Source: Geotalea daltonii FRC-32
GTDB lineage: Bacteria; Desulfobacterota; Desulfuromonadia; Geobacterales; Geobacteraceae
Length of the DNA stretch: 32,000 nt
Direction: 5' to 3'
Assembly (NCBI RefSeq): GCF_000022265.1
Contig: NC_011979.1
Location: forward strand, 4,080,001 to 4,112,000
Below, piece by piece: positions 25,613 through 32,000 of the stretch. Below the pieces are notes generated by a model, which saw only the letters and a program-made list of their open reading frames with translations, ran no database searches and had not been told where the DNA came from. Made by a program: the position numbers and the translations under genes. Each line of letters starts with the position of its first letter. The first letter of the stretch is position 1.

Positions 25613-26281
25613 TCAAGGTCGCTTCCTCTTCCATTTCCCATAAACAGCGGGAATGAGCGCAAACGAACCCAGCAGGGCAAAGGAGGCAAGTACCCGCGGC
25701 GAAAGCACCTGTTCCGGTGACTCTATACTGGCAAGACTAGCCCCGGCGTTGCAGAAAACCAAGCTGCCGGGAATAATTCCCACCAGGGTGGCAAAGAAAA
25801 AAGTGCGCAATTTCAGGCGGGTCAGGCCGGCGGCGAGATTGATGAGAAAGAAAGGGAAAACCGGCACCAGGCGAAGGAACAGCAGGTAGCCGAAGCCCCG
25901 CTGCTCAAGTTCGCTGTTCATGGCTTCCAGCCTGGTGCCGAACCGCTTCTGCACCACATTATGAAGTAGATACCGGCTGACTAGGAATGCCAGAGTTGCC
26001 CCGCTGGTGGCAGCGATATTGGCGTAGATGGCGCCCATCATCACCCCGAAGATCGCTCCGGCAGCAAGGGAAAGTATCGCCGCCCCCGGCAGGGAGAGCG
26101 CGGTCTGCAGAACATAGATGGCAATGAAGACTATGGCAGCGGAAATTTTATGGTGTTCATAGTAGGAAACAAGACTGGCATGGTTGGCTTTCAGTGCCTC
26201 GATGGTCAGGAAGCGGTCCAGATCGAACCAGAAAAAAAGAAGAATTAAGAGCAGCAGCAGTGGGAATAATATTTTTTTCAC
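25613..26281 (-). CDS. TVP38/TMEM64 (DedA/SNARE-associated) family membrane protein
   Basis: 222 aa, polytopic. A typical segment reads LPGAAILSLAAGAIFG...FLVSRYL...GFGYLLFLRLVPVFPFFLINLAAGLT. Confidence 0.85.
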   Translation of the reverse strand: MKKILFPLLLLLILLFFWFDLDRFLTIEALKANHASLVSYYEHHKISAAIVFIAIYVLQTALSLPGAAILSLAAGAIFGVMMGAIYANIAATSGATLAFLVSRYLLHNVVQKRFGTRLEAMNSELEQRGFGYLLFLRLVPVFPFFLINLAAGLTRLKLRTFFFATLVGIIPGSLVFCNAGASLASIESPEQVLSPRVLASFALLGSFALIPAVYGKWKRKRP

Positions 26282-26620
26282 TCGTTGGTCCCTTAGACAA
26301 TGATCCGAATGTGGTACAGAGGTGCCAGTATAGCTAAAATATCTGCCGGATGAAAGTCGAAGAACAGAACAACCACTGAAAAATCTAAATTTTGGGTGAC
26401 CTGTCCCGATAATTTAAATATGCGCTAATCTGCAAGGGGGATAACAGGTGCGCTCAATTTACAGGAACTGAAGGGAAATCTTCTCCATCAGCTTGTAATT
26501 GGCAATCCTGGCAGCTATTCTGGACATATTGGGCAGATGAGGTCTTAGCAGGTCTTGTTGCCTGCAGAACTTTCATATACATTGTCAGGTGCAAACAGGA
26601 AAGGTCAGAGGAGAGGATAG

Positions 26621-28702
26621 TTGCCGGGTAAAAATTCAAGGGGAACAGCCGATATAAGAGTGAGTCTCAAAACCAAGATAGTCCTGACAACTTCTGCTTT
26701 TGTCGTTCTGTTCATGTCAATAGGTGCATATTCGGGAATCTATTTCGAGCACCATCTCAAACCATTCATCTACGGGCAGCAAAGTGCTCTGGCCTCCTCC
26801 ATGGCCGATGGGATCGACGGCAAGAATACGAATTTCCAGACAGAAATCGTCGCTGTGGCTGAACAGGTTACGCCGGAGCTCATGCTGCTTGCAGTTCCAA
26901 CCGTTCTTTTACTGTCCATTGTCATGGTTTGGCTTTTGATGGGCATGCTGACGGCACCATTACACCGGTTCACCAGCCACGTGAAAAAGGTTGCCGCGGA
27001 GGATGAACAGAAACCGGTGGAGATTGAAGCCGGTGACGAGTTAGGGTCCCTTGCCGGGGCGTTAAACAAAATGCTGTCTGAACTGAATATGAAGAAGAAA
27101 ACCATTCAGGAACAGCTCCGCTTCCTGCAGGTGCTGATGGACACCATGCCGGCGCCTGTGTTTTATAAGGACATGACCGGCAGGTATCTTGGCTGCAACG
27201 CCTCGTTTGCAGCCTTTATCGGCATGCCCCGCATCCAGATCATAGGCAAAACCGTCTATGACATTGCACCCAAAGCACTGGCGGACATTTACCACACCTC
27301 AGACCTGGAACTGGCAAAACGGCAGGGGATACAGGTTTACGAGTCAAGAACCCCCTATGCCGATGGCAGTTATCGTGACGTGGTCTTTTATAAAGCATTA
27401 TTCACCAATACTGAAGGGATACCGGAAGGGCTGGTCGGCATCATGCTCGATATAACTGATCGTAAACGTGTCGAGGAGAAAGTGCGCGACATGGGAGAGC
27501 GATTCCACCAGCTTTTTTCCCAGAACTGGGATGCCATTCTCCTTTTGTCGCCGGAGACGTTCCGGGTTGTGGATGCAAATCCGGCAGCTGGCAAGATGTT
27601 CGGTTACGATGACAACGGATTGATATTCCTTGAGTTGTCTGCAATTCTTGACGCCGATGATCTGGCAAGGCTGGCAGATCTCCTTGCCAATTCCGACCAT
27701 GCTGGCAGTGTTCAGCTGGACAAAGCGACAGTCATGCCCAAGGACGGCATGAACATCACGGTTTCCATCCGCTGCAAACTGATAAAAATCGACAGCGACC
27801 AGTTTGTCTATTGCTCCTTCCGCGACATCGGCGAAAGTATCCGCCTGAAAAAGGAGATGCAGGAGACCCAGGGGAAGCTGATTCATGCCAACAGGATGAC
27901 CGCACTGGGAGTTCTCACGGCGGGCATTGCCCATGAGATCAATAATCCTAACAGCTATATCTTGGCAAATGCGACCCTTCTGTCCGAGGCCTGGAACGAT
28001 GCCATTCCCGTCTTGCGGCGCCATGGGGAGGAGTACGGAGAGATATACCTCGGAGGATTACCCTTTGCCGAGATGCAGCAGGTGATACCGAGGCTTTGCT
28101 CCGGGCTTACCGAAGGTTCACGCCGGATCAGCGCCATCATCGCTAACCTGAAAGGCTTCTATCGGGAACAAAAAGGGGCGGTCGCGACGCCATTCGATAT
28201 CAACAAGGCAATCGGTGATGGTGTTTCCATTCTCATCCATCACATACACAAGCACACCAATCACTTTTCGCTCTGTCTCGGGGAAAATCTTCCCCCTGCC
28301 AGAGGAAGATCGCAGCAGATAGAGCAGGTGATTATCAACCTGGTGATGAACTCACTGCAGTCCCTTGCCGATAAGTCCGGAGCTGTTTCTGTGTCCTCGG
28401 CCTTTGATGAGCAGTCCGGCTTCATCACGGTTACAGTGAAAGACGAAGGGAAAGGGATGGCGCCGGAGGTGCTCGAACGGCTTACGGAGCCCTTCTTTTC
28501 CACCAGGCTTGACGAGGGGGGCACCGGTCTCGGACTTTCCATTACCGACACCATCGTCAAGGAGCACGGGGGCTACCTGCTGTTCGATTCCATCCCCGAT
28601 GGGGGCACCACCGCAACGTTCCGGCTCCCGGCGGCAGCCGGCGCTGTATTACCGACTGCTACCGACGGCGACTGTAAAATGGCAGCAGATTATCAGATTT
28701 GA
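26621..28702 (+). CDS. Sensor histidine kinase (two TM helices, HAMP-like linker, two PAS domains, HisKA, HATPase)
   Basis: 693 aa with a TTG start 3 nt after GAGGAGAGGA (26608-26617). The H-box is GIAHEINNPNSY. The G-boxes are DEGKGM and GGTGLGLS. PAS-like segments surround MPAPVFYKDMTGRYLGCN and FHQLFSQNWDAILL. Confidence 0.9.
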   Translation: MPGKNSRGTADIRVSLKTKIVLTTSAFVVLFMSIGAYSGIYFEHHLKPFIYGQQSALASSMADGIDGKNTNFQTEIVAVAEQVTPELMLLAVPTVLLLSIVMVWLLMGMLTAPLHRFTSHVKKVAAEDEQKPVEIEAGDELGSLAGALNKMLSELNMKKKTIQEQLRFLQVLMDTMPAPVFYKDMTGRYLGCNASFAAFIGMPRIQIIGKTVYDIAPKALADIYHTSDLELAKRQGIQVYESRTPYADGSYRDVVFYKALFTNTEGIPEGLVGIMLDITDRKRVEEKVRDMGERFHQLFSQNWDAILLLSPETFRVVDANPAAGKMFGYDDNGLIFLELSAILDADDLARLADLLANSDHAGSVQLDKATVMPKDGMNITVSIRCKLIKIDSDQFVYCSFRDIGESIRLKKEMQETQGKLIHANRMTALGVLTAGIAHEINNPNSYILANATLLSEAWNDAIPVLRRHGEEYGEIYLGGLPFAEMQQVIPRLCSGLTEGSRRISAIIANLKGFYREQKGAVATPFDINKAIGDGVSILIHHIHKHTNHFSLCLGENLPPARGRSQQIEQVIINLVMNSLQSLADKSGAVSVSSAFDEQSGFITVTVKDEGKGMAPEVLERLTEPFFSTRLDEGGTGLGLSITDTIVKEHGGYLLFDSIPDGGTTATFRLPAAAGAVLPTATDGDCKMAADYQI

Positions 28703-28715
28703 CGGCGAGGTTACA

Positions 28716-30134
28716 ATGACAGTCCCGGGGAAATTTCCAATTCTTCTTGTCGATGACGAGGAGGAGATGCTCTTCATCCACAGCGTCATGTTCAGGGGGG
28801 CCGGTTTCAGCGAGGTGACCACCCTGAGCGACAGCCGCAAGGTGCTGCCCCTGCTTGAGGAAAGGAGCGTCGCCCTGATTGTTCTCGACCTCTATATGCC
28901 GTTCCTCGGTGGTTTCGAGCTGCTCAAGGAGATCAAAGACCGTTTTCCGCAGATCCCGGTCATCATCATGAGCGCGGCCAATCAAATCGAGCTGGCGGTG
29001 GAATGCATGAAAACCGGAGCCTTCGACTATTTTGTCAAACCTGCCGAGAAAAGCCGGCTGCTGGCCAGTGTCAACAGAGCTCTCGAGCTGCATTCCCTGC
29101 GCGACGAGGTCTCCCTGCTGACAAGGCATTTTTTCTCGGATCGACTGGACCGGGAAGAGGTATTTGCCTCTATCATCACGCGAAACCCGGCCATGAGACG
29201 CATCTTCCGCTATATGGAGGCAGTGGCGGCAAGTGATCAGCCGGTACTGGTGACGGGAGAAACCGGGGTTGGCAAGGAGATGGTCGTACGCGCGCTCCAT
29301 GATGCCAGCCACCGCAAAGGCCAGTTCATAGCCGTTAACGTGGCCGGTCTGGATGACCAGGCTTTCTCGGACACCCTCTTTGGCCACACCAGGGGGGCAT
29401 TTACAGGGGCTGACCAGGCGCGCGAAGGCCTGGTGACAAAGGCGGCAGGGGGCACCCTTTTCCTCGATGAGATCGGCGACTTGCAACTGCCGTCCCAGAT
29501 CAAGCTGCTGCGTCTTCTGCAGGAAAGGGAGTATTATCCTCTCGGCTCCGACAATGCGAAGAAAAGCGATTCCAGAATTGTCGTCGCCACCAACCGCGAC
29601 CTGAAGCAGATGATGGAGGGGAATTCCTTCCGTAGTGACCTCTATTACCGGCTCAAAACCCACCGAATCCAGGTGCCGCCGCTGCGCGACCGGCTTGAAG
29701 ATATGCCCCTGCTCGTCAATCATTTTCTTGACGAAGCGGCTGCGGCCATGGGCAAAAGCAGGCCGGTTCCCCCAGTCGAGCTTAACGGCTACCTTGCTGC
29801 TTACAGCTTCCCGGGCAACATCCGCGAGTTGAAAGGGCTGATCTTCGACGCCGTGGCCAGTCATCAACAGGGGGTGCTTTCCCTCGAAACCTTCCGGAAA
29901 GCCATCGGCAACGACCATACCCCCCATGGCCCCGAGCCCGTTGACTATTTCAAGCACTGCAGCGGAGCAGCAGGTGAGCGTATGCCAACCCTCAAGGAAG
30001 CGGAAGAAGCTCTCATCGCCCATGCCCTGAAAGCTGCTTGCGGCAATCAGGGCATCGCCGCCGCCCACCTGGGCATCAGCAGACAGGCTCTAAACAAGCG
30101 CCTGTGCCGCCGGGGTGAAAATCCGCCAGACTGA
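28716..30134 (+). CDS. Sigma-54-dependent response regulator (REC + AAA+ enhancer-binding domain + Fis-type HTH)
   Basis: The track ORF 28509-30134 is over-extended. The in-frame ATG at 28716 gives MTVPGKFPILLVDDEEEML. Walker A is GETGVGKE, the sigma-54 contact loop is in FGHTRGAFTGA, and the C-terminal HTH region reads NQGIAAAHLGISRQALNKRL. Confidence 0.92.
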   Translation: MTVPGKFPILLVDDEEEMLFIHSVMFRGAGFSEVTTLSDSRKVLPLLEERSVALIVLDLYMPFLGGFELLKEIKDRFPQIPVIIMSAANQIELAVECMKTGAFDYFVKPAEKSRLLASVNRALELHSLRDEVSLLTRHFFSDRLDREEVFASIITRNPAMRRIFRYMEAVAASDQPVLVTGETGVGKEMVVRALHDASHRKGQFIAVNVAGLDDQAFSDTLFGHTRGAFTGADQAREGLVTKAAGGTLFLDEIGDLQLPSQIKLLRLLQEREYYPLGSDNAKKSDSRIVVATNRDLKQMMEGNSFRSDLYYRLKTHRIQVPPLRDRLEDMPLLVNHFLDEAAAAMGKSRPVPPVELNGYLAAYSFPGNIRELKGLIFDAVASHQQGVLSLETFRKAIGNDHTPHGPEPVDYFKHCSGAAGERMPTLKEAEEALIAHALKAACGNQGIAAAHLGISRQALNKRLCRRGENPPD

Positions 30135-30172
30135 GATATTATCCAGACGAAGAACCTCCCCACTCCAAACCC

Positions 30173-30275
30173 TGCGACAAAAGTTGCAGGCGTAACCTTC
30201 GTCTCTCCCCTCTCACCCCGCTAAAAATCAACACTCAACCGGAATTCCCATTTTTCAGGCGCAACAAACGTCGCA
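30173..30275. promoter_or_regulatory. Pair of candidate enhancer (UAS) sites, TGCGAC-N4-GTTGC
   Basis: TGCGACAAAAGTTGC lies at 30173-30187 on the plus strand. TGCGACGTTTGTTGC is the reverse complement of 30261-30275. Their centres are ~88 bp apart, and they lie about 70-170 bp upstream of the sigma-54 promoter. The first is part of the inverted repeat CCTGCGAC-AAAA-GTTGCAGG. Confidence 0.35.
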
Positions 30276-30300
30276 CGCTACCCACAAACTGTCCTTTTGC

Positions 30301-30313
30301 CAACCCATTGATT
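30301..30313 (-). promoter_or_regulatory. IHF-like site
   Basis: The reverse strand reads AATCAATGGGTTG, which matches WATCAANNNNTTR. It lies between the candidate UAS sites and the -24/-12 element. Confidence 0.3.
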
Positions 30314-30340
30314 TTACACTTAAATTTATCGATCCGACCT

Positions 30341-30356
30341 TGGCATTGCCCCTGCA
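30341..30356 (+). promoter_or_regulatory. Sigma-54 (-24/-12) promoter
   Basis: TGGCATTGCCCCTGCA has GG and GC at the canonical spacing of TGGCAC-N5-TTGCW. It lies 36 nt upstream of the STAS gene ATG and immediately downstream of a sigma-54 activator gene. Confidence 0.6.
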
Positions 30357-30391
30357 AAGTGAGACTGACAAATGCAGCAGGGAGGATTGCA

Positions 30392-30736
30392 ATGACCGTA
30401 TCGTTACAGAAGCCGCTGACACTCAGTCTTCATGGTGACTGGTCGGTGGCCGGCATAGCTGGCCAGTGGGCACTGGTTTCAGCGTACCTGGCCGGACTCA
30501 AAAATGACAACGAAGGTGCAGACGAAGCCAGCCGGCGGATCCTGATCAGCATGGAGGGCATTGATGCGCTGGATGCCTGCGGATGTCAGCTTATGGCGAT
30601 CTTCGTCCGCGATGTGCGAAAGATCGGCATCGAGCCATGCCTTACCGCCGTGCCGGATAACCTGCACGGCATCATCAGTGCTCTGGGCTTTACCCACCAT
30701 TTTCAAAACATGGATCCGGGAGCGATCGAGCAATGA
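30392..30736 (+). CDS. STAS-domain protein (anti-sigma-factor-antagonist-like) of a che cluster
   Basis: The in-frame ATG at 30392 is preceded by GGGAGG; the track ORF starts at 30308. The product is 114 aa. A STAS-like segment reads ILISMEGIDALDACGCQLMAIF. Its stop codon overlaps the cheA start (ATGA). Confidence 0.7.
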   Translation: MTVSLQKPLTLSLHGDWSVAGIAGQWALVSAYLAGLKNDNEGADEASRRILISMEGIDALDACGCQLMAIFVRDVRKIGIEPCLTAVPDNLHGIISALGFTHHFQNMDPGAIEQ

Positions 30737-32000
30737 AAACCTCCATTGACATGGCCCGATTCTGCCAGACCTTCTTTGAGGAATGTAGCGAGCATCTGGC
30801 TGAAATAGAACGTATCCTCCTTTCCCTGGATTTGAACAGGCCGGATGAAGAGGAACTGAATGCCCTCTTCCGCTCGGCACACACTATCAAGGGAAGTGCC
30901 GGCATCTTCGGCTTCGAGGATATGACCTCGGTCACCCACCTGCTTGAATCGCTGCTCGACCGGATCCGGGGCCACGAGATGCTGCTCACCGCGTCTATGG
31001 TTGATCTTTTTCTGAAGGCAAAGGATGCCATCGCCCTGCAGTTGGCCGGTCACCGTGATGGAGAACGGGTCGACCTGCAGTTTATCGAGGAGGTCTGTTG
31101 CAGCCTGCGGCATCTAACCGAACAGGACGCCCTTCCCTCCCCCTCGACAAAAGGGGATTTACCCGCAGTTCAGGCCCAGACAGAAGATGGAAAGATGCAA
31201 AGCACCTTCGAGCTCCGCTTCAGCCCGGACACGGACCTCTTCATGCGTGGCGCCCGCCTTGACTATCTCTTCGACGAACTGGGGGAACTGGGAGAATTGA
31301 CGGCTCAGGCAATCATAGCTGATGCTCCGCCGGTTGAGCAGCTTGATCCGGAACATTGCCACACCCGTTGGCAGCTATGGCTCGCCGGCACCTGCAACGA
31401 CATGGAAATCCGCGATGTTTTCGAGTTTGTGGCTGATGATGATCAGTTGAACATCCGCAGGGTTCAAAGCGCTGAAATTGGCAATGACAGGCCGGAACCG
31501 CAGCCGGTGACGGCAAGTGGTTCCCAGACGGCAGCGGAGACACAACCGTTCGGCAGAAGGGCCTATGACAAGGATGAAACTGCGCCTGGAGCCTTCGGCC
31601 GTCGGGGGGGGGAGGCGGAATCTTCCATCCGGGTTGGCGTGGCCAAGGTCGACCAGCTGATCAACCAGGTGGGAGAGCTGGTGATCACCCAGGCCATGCT
31701 CGACCAGATGGGGAGGCAGCTGGATCCGGTCCTTTTTCAAAACCTGCATCAGGGATTGCTGCAACTGGAACGGAACACCAGGGATCTGCAGCAGAGCGTC
31801 ATGTCCATCCGGCTTGTCCCCATCAGCATCGTTTTCAACCGCTTCCCCAGGCTGGTGCGGGAGCTGGCGGCCAAGCTGGGCAAGCAGGTTGAACTGAAAA
31901 TGGTCGGAGAGACAACGGAACTGGACAAGGGTCTGGTGGAGAAAATCGCCGATCCCCTCACCCATCTGGTGCGCAATGCCCTGGATCACGCCCTGGAGGT
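30733..32000 (+). CDS. cheA: Chemotaxis histidine kinase CheA; 3' end runs off the right window edge
   Basis: Absent from the ORF track because it is cut by the window edge. Hand translation is open from the ATG at 30733 to the end of the window. The HPt motif is in FRSAHTIKGSAGIFGF. The dimerisation and kinase-domain onset reads SIRVGVAKVDQLINQVGELVITQAML...DPLTHLVRNALDHALE. Confidence 0.92.
   Translation, partial: MKTSIDMARFCQTFFEECSEHLAEIERILLSLDLNRPDEEELNALFRSAHTIKGSAGIFGFEDMTSVTHLLESLLDRIRGHEMLLTASMVDLFLKAKDAIALQLAGHRDGERVDLQFIEEVCCSLRHLTEQDALPSPSTKGDLPAVQAQTEDGKMQSTFELRFSPDTDLFMRGARLDYLFDELGELGELTAQAIIADAPPVEQLDPEHCHTRWQLWLAGTCNDMEIRDVFEFVADDDQLNIRRVQSAEIGNDRPEPQPVTASGSQTAAETQPFGRRAYDKDETAPGAFGRRGGEAESSIRVGVAKVDQLINQVGELVITQAMLDQMGRQLDPVLFQNLHQGLLQLERNTRDLQQSVMSIRLVPISIVFNRFPRLVRELAAKLGKQVELKMVGETTELDKGLVEKIADPLTHLVRNALDHALE

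Noticed and set aside
28659-30068. 469-aa minus-strand ORF antisense to the response-regulator gene, and 27398-28024 antisense to the kinase gene
   Set aside because: The plus-strand frames contain complete REC/AAA+/HTH and HisKA/HATPase motif sets. The long antisense frames are a GC-rich codon-bias artefact.
31159-31989. Minus-strand ORFs 31375-31989 (204 aa), 31313-31543 and 31749-31976
   Set aside because: They are antisense to the cheA frame, which is open to the window edge and carries the HPt and kinase-core motifs.

Overview
The window looks like a Geobacteraceae/Desulfuromonadales-type chromosome segment. This is judged only from gene content: a glmU-glmS pair, a nine-heme CbcL-like inner-membrane cytochrome, modABC, a sigma-54 two-component pair and a che cluster. 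No database search was possible and all family names are from memory. Layout, left to right: (1) a partial IS200/Y1-type transposase gene (1-757, minus), next to a decapitated XRE-type regulator remnant and a terminator. (2) A ~13 kb lower-GC accessory cassette, all on the minus strand (1098-14107), ending just beyond the glmS terminator. It holds a 2364-aa signal-peptide protein made of about six ~274-aa parallel-beta-helix modules plus a C-terminal train of FlgD-Ig-like domains, then two paralogous small secreted Cys-rich proteins and a frameshifted remnant of a third, then a 1288-aa signal-peptide Rhs/YD-repeat protein with an unusually small Pro-rich/Cys-rich C-terminal tip, then a tightly coupled 112-aa membrane ORF. 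(3) Housekeeping and respiratory core genes: glmS, glmU, a small conserved hypothetical, a B12-binding radical SAM protein, the CbcL-like cytochrome, modCBA, a TVP38/DedA-type membrane protein, and a PAS histidine kinase with an NtrC-type response regulator. These are followed by a good sigma-54 promoter in front of a STAS gene and a partial cheA. The best candidate for something undescribed is the Rhs cassette. It has no T6SS, two-partner-secretion or Tc-toxin partner in the window. Its Cys-rich DPCCG-repeat family is one I cannot place, and its giant gene shows mosaic near-identical internal repeats.
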